From assembly GCA_951406725.2 (NCBI GenBank), contig OX597817.1, forward strand, positions 9,858,001 through 9,922,000: a stretch of 64,000 bases of DNA, written 5' to 3'. Under the pieces are notes generated by a model that did not search any database, was not told the origin of the DNA, and saw nothing but the letters and a program-made list of their open reading frames with translations. The position numbers and the translations under genes are program-made. Below, piece by piece: positions 29,178-43,455 of the stretch (within the stretch, counting starts at the first letter, position 1; every line of letters starts with the position of its first letter). Source of the stretch: Octopus vulgaris. Lineage: Eukaryota.

Positions 29178-30060
29178 ATCAACATCTCAAGCCTTCACAA
29201 TCACCACACATCACCATGATCTCAATAATTTACACTTCCATATCTCCATGTCAATATTTCCATTGTACCACATCACTGCCAATCCCTAAGCAAACATGTT
29301 CACAACACTGCACATTACTGCCTCTATTGCTCACGACATCACTTAATGACACACAAACATCTTAACTTCAGACATCATCAGAGCTGCATCTTCGTAGCAC
29401 CACACATCACCATTCCGATATCTTTACAACACCATACATCACTATGCCATCATTTTCAAGACACCATACAATATTATACATCACTACATGATCATGTCAG
29501 CAACTTCACAACATCATTATCACATACCAACATATTCGCAACACCATGCAACACTGTTGCCAACGCTTTCACATCACCATGCATCACCATACCATCAGCA
29601 CAACACCACACATCACCATACCAGCAACTTCACAACAGACTTCACTATACAAACGTCTTCACAACATCATATATCACTATTCCAACAACTTCACAACATC
29701 ATATATTGCAAAACCATATTTCACAACACCGTATGTCATCACAGCAACATCTTCACTACACCATAGAACACTACTGGCAACATTTTCACAACACTATATA
29801 TCACCCTAACAACATACTTCTTACTCATTATTTTTAACATCTTTACAACACTCCATGTTGCCATCTAAACAGGTTCACAATTGTCTTCATCCCAGTCTGA
29901 ACTTCTTCACAATACAGACACTATCTTAGCACACCCTACAGTCCACACATCGTCATCTAAACAGCCTCACAACACCACATACCACGATATTAACATCTTC
30001 GTAATACGACCACATCTCACCAACAAAATCACTGCACCAGACATCATCACCTCAGCATCT
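29178..30060. repeat. Degenerate ~32-bp minisatellite
   Basis: Recurring unit approx. ccaacatcttcacaacaccatacatcaccata; G-poor plus strand. Confidence 0.8.
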
Positions 30061-30280
30061 TATTTACTTTTACAAAATCTAAAACATAACCAGGGTGTTT
30101 ATACACGACCGGGTTTCTTACTAGTAAAGGAAATCAAAACCTCCTGTCCATTAAATCACATCCAAGAGATGTGATTTGATTGGGAGGAAATTTTAATTGC
30201 CATTTCGTGCACGAAACTGCTCGGAGAAAGGGCACAGTGGATAAATGTAGTCACAAATATACAATAAAACAACATGATAT

Positions 30281-30543
30281 GTTAGTTAGTTAATTAGTTA
30301 GTTAGTTAATTTTTTGGCTCAAAAAGCAAAAAGCAAGGCCATGTAGGGGGACATGGAGTTATGTACAGGGAGGGTGTTCATGTAAAGAGTTCAGGCCGCT
30401 TGTGGTCAAGGGAGACTTTGAACCGAGCGGTCGTCGGCACCTTCACTATCTCGTCCGGCAGCTTATTCCACGGATCCGCAACCCGAACGGAGAAAGCCCC
30501 TCTCCTTCGATTGAGATGAAATCGTCGCAGATAGAGCTTTTTG
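30281..30543 (-). mobile_element. CR1-like LINE 3' end with (TAAC)n tail
   Basis: Minus translation KKLYLRRFHLNRRRGAFSVRVADPWNKLPDEIVKVPTTARFKVSLD, typical CR1 ORF2 C-terminus (FSxRV..WNxLP..FK..LD). Confidence 0.85.
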
Positions 30544-30545
30544 AT

Positions 30546-30600
30546 ATTCAATTCAATTCAATTTTTATTGGCTCAAAAAGCAAAAGTAAGGCCATGTAGG
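30546..30600 (-). mobile_element. Second tiny CR1-like 3' end with (TTGAA)n tail
   Basis: ggctcaaaaagcaaaagtaaggccatgtagg repeats 30316-30347 but is preceded by (ttcaa)3. Confidence 0.7.
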
Positions 30601-30760
30601 TGGCAGACTGGTATAGGGGGTTAAACTCAAACAATGTATTTCAATTTTTCTTCTCCCTACACTCTAAGCCCTTCATCACCAGTTCTATTTCGTTATGCAT
30701 CCTCCGCATCTGCCACCACGTCGTCATCGCGTCATCATCGTCATATCGTCATCATCATCA

Positions 30761-31005
30761 TCATCGTCGTAGCCGTCGTCATCGCCCCACAATCCTCTTC
30801 TTCCTAGTCGTCCTCGTTTCGTTGTCATCGTCATCATCGTGATCCTAACCGCCGCCGTCGTCTTCCTTGTCATCATCATCGTCATCATCATCATCATCGT
30901 CGTAGCCGTCGTCATCGCCCCACCATCGTCTTCTTCCTAGTCGTCCTCGTTTCGTTGTCATCGTCATCATCGTGATCCTAACCGCCGCCGCCGTCGTCGT
31001 CATCG
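30761..31005. repeat. ~133-bp tandem duplication of (CAT/CGT)-rich sequence
   Basis: cgtagccgtcgtcatcgccc at 30768 and 30901, colinear for ~100 bp. Confidence 0.85.
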
Positions 31006-31541
31006 TCACCATCATCTTCTCGCTAGTTATCCTCGTTCTTATTCTCATCTCCCCTATTGCAACTCCATGAAACACATACTGCATCTGCCACTACCGTTAT
31101 TCCATCTCAATTATATGCGCATAATCAGCCCACCCTAACCATCAATCTTTCTACCGTCGTTGTTTTCCTGCTTCTCCCCAGCTTCCTTCCCCCCCTTTCA
31201 TCAACATCACCATCATCGTCGTCGTGTTATCGTCAACGTCGTCATCACCAACGTCGTCATCATAATCATCTTAGTTACTATATCAATTGATGTCATTAAG
31301 AGACAACTACAGATACCCTGCCAAAAACCACCCACACCACCACCAACAACAACAACAGCACCACCACCAATATGGCAAAACCACCAATATTGTCCAAAAC
31401 AACATCATTACCATCATCGTCGACGTCATCACCATCATCATCATCATCATCATCATCATTGCTATAATAATTTTACTTCAATTATTAGACTTAACGTCAC
31501 ATAACATTTCCTATTTATAGGAAACGTTATTATCATTATTA

Positions 31542-31602
<61 letters not shown>

Positions 31603-31641
31603 CATTATTACTATTATTGTCGTCGCTGTTGTTGTTGTTAA

Positions 31642-31850
31642 GGCGACGACCTGGCAGAAACGTTAGAATGCAGGGGGAAAATGCTTAGCGGCAATTCGTC
31701 CATCTTTACGTTCTGGTTTCAAATTCCGGCGAGGTCGACTTTGCCTTTCATCAATTCGGTTTCGATAAATTAAATACCAGTGAAACACTGGCGTTGATGT
31801 AATCTACTTATCCCCCACCCAAAATGCTGGAATTGAGCCAAAATTTGAAA
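31642..31850 (+). mobile_element. SINE family B, short-tail subtype
   Basis: Head/central/tail motifs as in the 23860 copy; flanked by (tta)n. Confidence 0.85.
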
Positions 31851-31868
31851 TCATCATCATCATCATCA

Positions 31869-31929
<61 letters not shown>

Positions 31930-31950
31930 TATTATTATTATTACTATTAC

Positions 31951-31990
<40 letters not shown>

Positions 31991-32025
31991 GTTACTATTA
32001 CTATTATTATTATTATTACTATTAC

Positions 32026-32073
<48 letters not shown>

Positions 32074-32076
32074 TAC

Positions 32077-32155
<79 letters not shown>

Positions 32156-32192
32156 GTTACTATTACTATTATTATTATTGTTATTATTATTG
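31850..32192. repeat. (TCA)n/(TTA)n microsatellite
   Basis: Direct inspection. Confidence 0.95.
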
Positions 32193-32193
32193 A

Positions 32194-32428
32194 GGCGGCG
32201 ATGTCGCAGAATCGTTAGCATGCCGGACAAAATGCCTAGCGACATTTCGTCCGTCTTTACGTTCGAACTTCAAATTCCGGCGAGGTCGACTTTGCCTTTC
32301 ATCGAATCGCAATCGATGAAATAAGCACAAGTTACGACTGGAGGGGGGGGCGTCGATATAATCGACTAGCTACTTCTCCACCCCACAAAAACATTTCAGG
32401 CCTTGTGCCTTTAGTAGGAAGGATTATT
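32194..32428 (+). mobile_element. SINE family B, short-tail subtype
   Basis: ggcggcgatgtcgcagaatcgttagc..cttcaaattccggcgaggtcgactttgcctttc..ggccttgtgcctttagtag. Confidence 0.85.
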
Positions 32429-32463
<35 letters not shown>

Positions 32464-32635
32464 AGACTGCCACAGCAGAAACACAGCTGTAACATCATCA
32501 GCATCAATAACATGAAAACAGAAAGCATCTCAAATAGACACCATCAACAATAACAACACCATCATTATACATTAAACTTCATAATTACAGTATCATTACT
32601 ACAAGCAATTAACCAAGCACTTCCTGCTGCTAGCG

Positions 32636-32681
<46 letters not shown>

Positions 32682-32887
32682 CACTACTACTACCATCACA
32701 AGCACCGCTACTGTTGCTACTATCACTACTGCTACTACTGTTGCTGCTGCTATTAGTACAACTGCTGCAGTAGCAGCTGTTCCTACTACTACTACTACTA
32801 CTACTAATAATAATAATAATAATTATAACAATAATAATGATAATAATAACACTGCTGCTACTACTACAACTACTGTTACAACTACTG

Positions 32888-32929
<42 letters not shown>

Positions 32930-32989
32930 ATAATAATAATAATAATAATAATGATAATAATGATACTGCTGCTGCTACTACTACTACTA

Positions 32990-33021
<32 letters not shown>

Positions 33022-33030
33022 ATACTACTA

Positions 33031-33065
<35 letters not shown>

Positions 33066-33381
33066 TTATAAACATCATCCTTAACTTTGTCTTCATCACG
33101 TCAGCGTCGTATATACAGTTATTTCTTTCTTTCTTAGATGATGAAATATTGACCATTTTATTATTGATGGTTATAGTATTGATGAAAGAGGCGGGGGTTG
33201 AAAAGATAAAAGTAATGGCCACCGGTTTGAGTCAAATTTAGAATTGTGATGGACCAGCATTTGTTCCATATTACATCCATATTTTCTACTCTACTATCAT
33301 TTTACTACTTACCGCCATATCATCTTACAAAGATGTAGACCTTACATTATGATATACAATACTCATACAGAAGCGAGTGAA

Positions 33382-33938
33382 GGCGCATGGCTCAGTGGTT
33401 AGAGCGTCAGTCTCACAATCATGAGGTAGTGAGTTCGATTCCTGGACCGAGTTGTGTGTTGTGCTCTGGAGCAAGACACTTTCTTTCACGTTGCTTCAGT
33501 TCACTCAGCTGTAGAAATGGGTTGCTACGTCACTGGTGCCTGGTTGTATTGGCCTTTGCCTTTCCTTTGGATAACATCGGTGGCACGGAGAGGGTGGCTG
33601 GTATGCATGAGCGACTGCAGGTCTTCCATAAACAACCTCGCCCAGGCTTGTGCCGCGGCAGGTAACTTTCCAGATCAGGGCTTCTCAAACATTTTGCTGG
33701 AGCGGAACCCCAAGGAAACATTCCACTGGCTCGAGGAACCCCTGTGCAATAATTTAATAGTCTTTTGCACACATATCTGCACAGGAGACTTAAAAATTAC
33801 TGCCGATTTTGTAAGTTCTTGCGGAACCCCTGGACTGTACTGGCGGAACCCTAAGGTTCCGCGGAACCCTGGTTGAAAACCACTGTTCTAGATGTAATCC
33901 CATGATCATTCATGTCCGGAGGAAATCTTTACTCTTTA
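33382..33938 (+). mobile_element. SINE family D (tRNA-like head), interrupted by a hAT MITE
   Basis: ggcgcatggctcagtggttagagc..gagttcgattcc A/B boxes, gagcaagacactttctttcacgttgc body, (cttta) tail. Confidence 0.8.
33676..33885. mobile_element. hAT (Buster/Charlie-type) MITE
   Basis: TIRs cagggcttctcaaac / ggttgaaaaccactg; 8-bp TSD ttccagat/ttctagat (7/8); sister copy 45375-45575. Confidence 0.85.
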
Positions 33939-34286
33939 TTCATATAATATAAACAAATAACATACTGTACCATTTAAACAAAAATAATTTGTGAATGTAA
34001 GGTTTAAGTAGACGCTCTCTTGAGAACCAGTGGCTTGTTCTTTTGATCTACAGCTCTGGCCCATTTCTCCTGGATGACTTATAATACAAGAAAGTCTTAG
34101 ATTATAAAAGCATTTGACTCGATTTATGGTTGTGTATTCCTAAGTGTTATATGTTATGGCAAATCGTATTTCATGGTTACATTAAGTATATAATTAAATC
34201 ATTCCGGCTTAAAATGAAACAGCTGTAGTTCACTGTAGAACAGCCTTTTCGTTAGTCAGATACCGGGTAGGTATATTAGGTCAAGT

Positions 34287-34671
34287 GTGGAGGCGCAATG
34301 GCCCAGTGGTTAGGGAAGCGGACTCGCGGTCATAGGATAGCGGTTTCGATTCCCAGACCGGGCGTTGTGAGTGTTTATTGAGCGAAAACACCTAAAAGTT
34401 CCACGAGGCTCCTGCAGGGGATGGTGGTGATCCCTGCTGTACTCTTTCACCATAACTTTCTCTCACTCTTACTTCCTGTTTCTGTTGTACCTGTACTTCA
34501 AAGGGCCGGCCTTGTCACACTCTGTGTCACGCTGAATATCCCCGAGAACTACGTTAAGGGTACACGTGTCTGTGGAATGCTCAGCCACTTACACGTTAAT
34601 TTCACGAGCAGGCTGTTCCGTTGATTCAGATCAACCGGAACCCTCGTCGTCGTAACCGACGGAGTGCTTCC
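34287..34671 (+). mobile_element. SINE family C, tail type 2, with 14-bp TSD
   Basis: Head as 10867; TSD atattaggtcaagt at 34273-34286 and 34672-34685. Confidence 0.9.
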
Positions 34672-35566
34672 ATATTAGGTCAAGTACCTCAAATTTGCTG
34701 CAAGGTACCTAAAGCATGTAGAATAAAAACAGTTTAACATTTCGGCAGGAAGTTTGCAAACAGTCTACTTTTTTGTAATGAAAATAATTGTAGAGATTTT
34801 CCTCATCGTTTATAAGCTGAATTATCTTTTGTTTCTGACGTTATCGTACATGCTGTCCAGCCATCGCTAGACGTCTCGATTCTTACGTTCATCTTGTTTA
34901 TTTATAGTGACACTGTGATAGTATGTTGTCGAGAAATGAAGTTGTGCACAGTATTTTGTCTTCTATGTAAAAGTAAGTGCAACGCAGAGTTTCCTTTAAG
35001 CCGGCCGAAGGAGTACTTCAGGCTTTGCATGTGCTGTGGAAAATATGTCAACGCTGTGTTACTTATCAACTCCTCAATCAATGTTCGCGACTCAGTATTC
35101 AGTGAGTATCTGATGATCCTGTCATTAGCTTTGCTTTCAAGACAAGCCTTCTGAAGATAAACATAATACAATCACTACAAATACTCTCTCTGAAGGATTA
35201 GACAACATTCTAAACGTGAGTCTAAAAGTGTTGATTATATAACATATTCTTTCTCTACACTACTGTAAACGGCTCTGTTGTGCCTCTCGATTTTATGGAC
35301 TCATGATATGACTCGCCGACGGAACAAAATTTCTCAGTTTTCATCTACCAGAAAGGTTTGTGGTTTCGTTATCGATGGCTGAGGGAGGAATACGGTGGCA
35401 ATTGAAGTTTTAAGCCACCGCAAATCATTCCTCTCCTGTGAGCAATATACCGATTGTTGATTCTATGGAGTTCACTTCCATCAGCGTGTTGTAGACGTTT
35501 TCTGTGAATCGGCGTAGCATTAGTTCTCTTCATTTTTTTTATTCTACAAAACGACGTGCATCTAAG

Positions 35567-35597
<31 letters not shown>

Positions 35598-36388
35598 ACG
35601 TGTGTACGTGCGTACAGTATTTACGCTATTGTATGCATGTAGGATATATGGGAACTTCACTTCTAAGCACCAGCATATCATTTTCTGCATTTCGATAGTC
35701 CAAAGGCGTGGGTTTAAAGCATTTTTATAAGGTTTCTCAGTGTTGCAAAAATGCTAAAGTTTTCTTTTAGAGCTTTGTCGATTTGGTGGCATCTTTTGAA
35801 GTCTCAAAGTGATTACATATTAGTGACCTTTAGACAGAATCCTTTCCAATAATCAATGCCAAAAGGTAATGTGTGTTTCTAAAATGGGCATTCAGATTGC
35901 TTCCGAATTTAACTAAATCTCTGTGTCATTGATCCTATGTCCTGATCCGTCTATGTTTGCAGCTTCATCTACCCGTCCTTACACATGTCAACCACGTCGC
36001 TGATCTGTTGCACATCCGTTGATAATGAAATTAGATGGAAAGGTTACTTTCATAGGAAATTGAGCAGTACGGTAACTGATTATAAAATTACCGCGTTGTT
36101 CAAGGATCAATTATCTATATACGCGTCATAAGATCAATGCAGCTGAAGACAGCGACTGAAATAAAGGTTAACCTAGATTCAAGAGTCAGCTGATAGTTCA
36201 ATTTCCGCTCTGTACCAAGTTCAACGAAATCATAGACCACAGAGGTTTGAGTACCACTGGCTAGTCACACGTAGTTTAGCAGGTTCTTCAAAGCTAATCC
36301 TCGGAGTAAAACTGCTGCTACAATCTGACAGATGCATTGAGATATATAGAATAGATTGATGTAGAATGGAGAGACAAAAAGGGTATTG

Positions 36389-36815
36389 CTCTTTTACTCT
36401 TTTACTCGTTTACTTGTTTCAGTCATCTGACTGCGGCCATGCAGGAACACCGCTTTTGGTCAAACAAATCGACCCCATGACTTATACTTTGTAAGCCTAG
36501 TACTTATTCTATCGGGTTCTTTTGCCCAGCCACTAAGTTACGGGACGTAAACACACCAACATCAGTTGTCAAGTGATGGTGGGGAGGACAAACACAGAAA
36601 CACAAGTACATACATACATGCACACACATATATATACATATACATGCATATATACGACGGGCTTTCAGTTTCCGTCTACCAAATCCACTCACAAGGTTTT
36701 GGTCGATCCGAGGCTATGATAGAAGACACTTGCCCAAGGTACCACGTAGTAGGACTGAACCCAGAACCATGTGGTTGGGAAGCAAGCTTCTTACCACCCA
36801 GCCACTCCTGTGCCT
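36389..36815 (-). mobile_element. SINE family A, full length
   Basis: Reverse complement similarity along the whole of 7982-8403. Confidence 0.9.
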
Positions 36816-39247
36816 ATGTAAATACAACTACTACTTCATCATAGCTGCCCTATTATAGCTATATCGCATATCGAGCCCCTACGCAATCGCTCTGACAATT
36901 TGAAATAGCAACAAAATTTCCTTCATATCACACCATGCTGTCTCTGAAAATGTCATATTAGCATAACATAGTCTCAGTTGCAATACGTATGAAAAAAAAA
37001 ATGACTATGGTAATAGATATTAAGCATTTGATAGTATATAAGTTCGATCAGGACTCAGCTCACAATAATCTGTAACAACCTTATTCCAAATTATAACCAC
37101 TATCACCATTATTATAACACCATAAGACCATTTCATAACCATACAACATATAACTTTATAAGTAGACATGTTTGATAATCATATGGCATATTAAGGCACT
37201 AAAGAGTGGCGATATATCATATTCAAATAAACATCAAACAGATCCAAAATATATACGGTTTTCTAAACTATGAAATAAATAGAACTACCTGATGTTTTTA
37301 TTCTGCATTATTTATGAATGAACTTCAAGTATCGTAGGACTGGTATTTAGTTACGCTTTCTAGCAAATTAAATATTTAAAAGACTAGTTGCCTACTTGAC
37401 ATGACACAGATTACATTGTTAAGAATTCCAACAGTCCTGGTATCTTAATATTGTTAGGATGAGAAACTTCACACTCCTAATTGTTGTGAGCTCCTGATCT
37501 GGCACAGGCAAGTACATTTCTTAATTTTCTCATCCCACAAGCTGCTACAATAGCAACCAACTCGGTTACAAATCACGACCTTTTATATCAAATAAAGAAG
37601 GACACAACTTTTGACATACTAAGAGGCAATGTAGTCAAATATGGGACGTTTTAATCATAAGTCCTTTCGATCAGAGTTAACTCGAGGCTAAATAACAACA
37701 CAACAGCAACATTTGTGTTGTTGCTGTTGTGATTGGTGATGTAGGTGGGGTTAGAATTAACAAATGTTATTACCGTGAATGTCCCATCCGTAGATTACGA
37801 AGATGTGACAATGCCAATAAGTTATCAACTAGGTCATGTATTCTCCACGGAAGTTAACCAGAGATAATGTATATATATCACTCTACTGTGGATATCTGTT
37901 GTAGTATTGCATATCCGACCAATCTGACTGATTTGGTGGTTTCGATCACATGATGTACTATACATAATGTCATTGATCAGACGAATGACAAATATTACAA
38001 GACATATTTCTCCGATGAAATGTATGATGAAAAGTCACAGGGTATCACAACGATCAGTTGGACCGTAAATACGAATATCTTAGCGATCAAAATGCCAACA
38101 AATAATTACTCGATATTTTACTTAACTGATGGACAGTTAAACATCACAGGAAATGATATCGATCAGATAATGGACAAATATCATATGAGTATGGTACCAA
38201 AAAACAGGCGATATATATATCACATGACGAACATCACGTGAACACCGCACCGATCAGATAAACTGCATATAGCACATTATGCGTCACCAAATCGATTTAC
38301 GCAAGACATGAATATCATATAAAAGACAGATATCACATGATGTCTTACCTGAAGGTACCGCATTCGTGATAAATACATTTATATTCCAATAATAAGAAGC
38401 TCTATGGATCTTAAACTTATTGGTTATTTTGTTTACCGAATATGCTGCTCTGTATTAACTAAAAGATTCAAATACTAATAAGCTTGTTTGTGGAACGGTG
38501 AATCTTGAAGCAGATAAAGCTATAAATAACAGTGTGTAAATATTGGGTTAAAACTCTTTGGATAAAATAAGTCGAAGGCTGCCCATTGGACACGAACCCA
38601 CATCTCCTGTAAAGCCTTCTACTTTTCTATCCTAAGAGCCTTTTAGGATAGAAAAAAGCTATTATTTTGTTGCTTAATCAGCTTCGAAATTCAATGTACT
38701 AAAAAGAATTATTTCATGTTCCTCCGGAAGTTTCTAAAATTGTATAGCTGTGCCACTAGCCTGGTCTGTGAGGTGTCAAAGTACCAATCGCAGGGTATAT
38801 GATTTACATGAAGTTATCAGTTCAGTGCTGTGCTCTTGGCCAAGTCACTGAATTGGCATAAATAAATATTTAAGTGAACGGAATCACCACTGTAAACATT
38901 GTATAACTGACAAGTTATCTTTTTGTTCGACACACATTTCTTAGCCATTTGGTTTGCTGTGCAGATGTCAAATCCTAGAATGTTTATAACTTGACGATAA
39001 ATGGAAATCATCGACCTGACCTATATTATGATACACTGCACGAAGACAATGTCTGACGGTTGTCCAAATCATACACTACAATTATCTGTCAGTAGATCGA
39101 TGACATATATTTGATGCCGGAAGTATGAGCCAAATGTGTCCAACAGGGCGAGCAACAGATATTTTCTGCTTAGTTTCACTTCCGTTTAATGTTACTAGGT
39201 CGGTGGTAAATAACATAATCATCAACAAATACACATTGTATTGGTAA

Positions 39248-39288
<41 letters not shown>

Positions 39289-40390
39289 GAGATAAATATA
39301 TTGTATTGGTTCGACGAAACAACTTCTCTGTTCATTCACCATGTCTCTCTATCATCCATTTGTCCATGAACGAGAGCAACATGTCTCCCCCTCACTCCTT
39401 GTAAATCTCAAACACTTTCAACAAACAGAAATTTGTGTGTGCGTCTCTTTTGCTCGCTCTCTCTTTCTCCATTCCCTCCTCTCTTTCTCTCCCTCTCTCT
39501 ACGCACAGACGCATAAATTTATACACGTTTGCAGACGCGTGTGCATGCATTTATGTGTGAGCGTGCGTGTATATTGAATGTTTGATATCTGCCAAACGAC
39601 TGTCGACCAACATTGTCAGGCCTAATGAATAAACCATAAATTTATATATATACATATATATATAGACACACACACGTCCATATACACAGATACACATATA
39701 TGCTTATATACATTTGCCGATTATGTAGATTCCTGTACATTCAGCCTGTTAACGTTCTCATGCTCAAAGATTACGTTTTTTACATCACGGAAGACTAAAA
39801 AAACATATTTTGGTATTTGAGAATAGAAGAAAAGAAACAACTCTGAATATATCTTCGGACAAAAGAAAAGCCAAACCTTATTCACAAAATACGGAGCAAC
39901 AGCACTATGTCCAAAATTGATTTTGTTGCTGCTGTTCTCTCGTAATTTGTGTGTGTGTGTTTTTTTTAAAGAGAAAACAACGGAAACTAAAGTCGCCCCG
40001 ACTTGCGTGTTGTCGAGTTTTACATTCTTTGGAATGCCATATAGTTTAGCTTCGCGGATAAATGGAGACAAGAAACAGCAACATTTTCGAATTTTCGAGA
40101 AGAATATTGATCACTATATTCTATTTCAATTATTCATTTCTTTATTTTTTACCCTTCCATTAGTTTCTTTGGCTGTCTTTTACATGTTTAGCTTTCTTCT
40201 AATCTCATCTCTTCAATATATTTATTTATTTATTTATTATATTTATTTACTTCAATTTGTTTATTTTGGTTTTCAAAAGCAACCAGCTCGAATTTAGTCG
40301 AGGAAAGCCGCTAGGTTAGGCAAATGTTATTAGTTGGATGCGTAAACGTGACTGTGAATCTCGTATCTTTTGTCAGTACGCATGCACGTG

Positions 40391-40425
<35 letters not shown>

Positions 40426-40648
40426 TTGTGTGTGCATCGACTTGTGTGTACGCGCGTGCGCAGTATTGTTTTGTAGTCTGCTGTATGAATGCATGCAAAT
40501 GTAAGTGCGTGCGTGTGTGTGTGACTATTGAATGTCTGCTTAGAGGTACGATGTGTATTTATTCAGTTTCGTGTATAACACTGTAATACATTTGCTGTTT
40601 TAGTTATGTGAATGAATATTCAAATATCTGTATGCCATGTTTATAAAT

Positions 40649-40680
<32 letters not shown>

Positions 40681-40681
40681 T

Positions 40682-40731
<50 letters not shown>

Positions 40732-40853
40732 CATAGATACATATCTATACATACATATATTTCTATATATATATATATATCCATGCACATATATGCATAT
40801 ACATATAAATATATATATATATATATACATAGATACATATCTATACATACATA

Positions 40854-40925
<72 letters not shown>

Positions 40926-41011
40926 TTCCTGAGCGCCATACTAATACAATTGTTTGTTTGTTTTCCACCTGCCTTCGTCTTTTGTCTATTTTCATAAAGC
41001 TTCCCGTTATA

Positions 41012-41062
<51 letters not shown>

Positions 41063-41156
41063 TATCTAAATAGATATATATTATACAGATATATAATATA
41101 TATCTATATATTATATAAATATAATATATAGATATATATGTGTGTGTTTTTGTGTG

Positions 41157-41193
<37 letters not shown>

Positions 41194-41612
41194 GCATATA
41201 TACATGAATATAGATGAATTTATATGTTTATATCTCTTTTCGTGTCTGCGTATATATCTGGGCATATATAATGAATGAATGTATACAGTCCATGTGTACA
41301 AATTATGGACACGCATATTCACATGCTTATCTCCTTTTATGTGTCAAGAATACGTGTAGCTGCGTCTGCGTCCGTATGGGTATTCCTAGCTCTCATGCAC
41401 GTTGGTTTTGCGCGTATATGTACACGTATGTTCGTGTCAATCAGTGTGCAGGAGAATTCGCGTACGTGCGAGAATGGGTATATATGCAGTGATATTTAGT
41501 GGCAATCATAATTTTCCTTTTTCGTCAAACATTGCACACTGTTGCCGATATTAATTCCTCCCCTTCTCTCTCTCTCTCTCACTCTCGCGCTCTCTCTATC
41601 TCTGTATATATA

Positions 41613-41843
41613 TATTTCTTCATTACCCACAAGGGACTAAACATAGAGGGGACAAACAAGGACAGACAAAGAGATTAAGTCGATTACATCGATCCCAGTG
41701 CGTAACATGTACTTAATTTATCGACCCCGAAAGGATGAAAGGCAAAGTCGACCTCGGCGGAATTTGAACTCAGAACGTAACGGGAGGCTAAATACCGCTA
41801 AGTATTTCGCCCGACGTGCTAACGTTTCTGCCAGCTCACCGCC
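41613..41843 (-). mobile_element. SINE family B, long-tail subtype
   Basis: Matches 10531-10767; (TA)n on both sides. Confidence 0.9.
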
Positions 41844-41846
41844 TCC

Positions 41847-41912
<66 letters not shown>

Positions 41913-41925
41913 ATATATATATATA

Positions 41926-42330
41926 AGTGCAGGAGTGGCTGTGTAGTAAGTAGCTTGCTTACCAACCACATGGTTCCGGGATCATTCCCACTGCGTGGCA
42001 CCTTGGGCAAGTGTCTTCTATAGCCTCGGGCCGACCAAAGCCTTGTGAGTGGATTTGGTAGACGGAAACTGAATGAAGCCCGTCGTATATATGTATATGT
42101 ATATGTATGTGCGTGTATGTGTTCGTGTGTCTATGCTTGTCCCCGCAACATTGCTCGACAACCGATGGTGGTGTGTTTACGTCCGCGTAACTTAGCGGTT
42201 CTGCATAAGATACCGATAGAATAAGTACTAGGCTTACAAAGAATATGTCCTGGGGTCGATTTGCTCGACTAAAGGCGGTGCTCCAGCATGGCCGCAGTCA
42301 AATGACTGAAACAAGTAAAAGAGTAAAAGA

Positions 42331-42331
<1 letters not shown>
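41926..42331 (+). mobile_element. SINE family A, full length
   Basis: Matches 7982-8403. Confidence 0.9.
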
Positions 42332-42384
<53 letters not shown>

Positions 42385-42385
42385 C

Positions 42386-42454
<69 letters not shown>

Positions 42455-42530
42455 CACACACACAATATATATATATATATAATATATATATATATAAGCT
42501 TTCGCGGCTAGGTATGCGTATATTTGCACG

Positions 42531-42617
<87 letters not shown>

Positions 42618-42741
42618 AAGCGATGCAGAGCATGCCTAGATTATGAGTTTCATTAGAAAGAGAAGAACAAAAAAAAAAAAAAAACCTTATTTTTCTCTCA
42701 TGTGACGTCGCTGAAATATGAATTACGAAAACAATCACATT

Positions 42742-42780
<39 letters not shown>

Positions 42781-42989
42781 ACATATAAACTCCAACAGCA
42801 ACAGCACTCACCCATAACAAGAACAAGGTCTACAGCAACAATAACATGGAACAACAACAAAAAAATACAAGCAACCATGACCACCAATAATGAAATTAAC
42901 AGCAACAACAAATATCAACAGAAATGTCTAACCGTACGACTAATGAAAAATGGGGTTGGCGACAACAAAAACAACAACAGCAATCAACG

Positions 42990-43019
42990 CCATCACTACT
43001 ACTACTACTACTACTACTG

Positions 43020-43084
<65 letters not shown>

Positions 43085-43198
43085 AGGGAAAGTGCAGTTG
43101 GTAGTATTTTTGAACCTACATTACGCTTTGCCTGTTGTTAAGGCTTATTGTTGCTACTATTAACGTCTACAACTACTGCCTCATGCGACTACGAACAT

Positions 43199-43250
<52 letters not shown>

Positions 43251-43262
43251 CACCACTACTAT

Positions 43263-43295
<33 letters not shown>

Positions 43296-43361
43296 CGCTG
43301 CTGCTGTTTGCTGCTGCAGCTGATGATGATGATGAAGATGCCGATGATGATGGTGATGATG

Positions 43362-43455
<94 letters not shown>

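Noticed and set aside
29178-30060. CRISPR-like periodicity
   Set aside because: Units are contiguous and degenerate with no spacers; eukaryotic context with no cas genes
33382-33445. tRNA gene (also heads at 10867, 34287)
   Set aside because: A/B boxes run into SINE bodies without a closed acceptor stem or oligo-T terminator
34700-36300. Unique-looking region with 86-89 aa ORFs
   Set aside because: No recognisable motif or consistent splice structure by eye
38623-38655. 13-bp hairpin ttttctatcctaa/ttaggatagaaaa
   Set aside because: AT-rich, isolated, with no associated element; terminator interpretation not applicable
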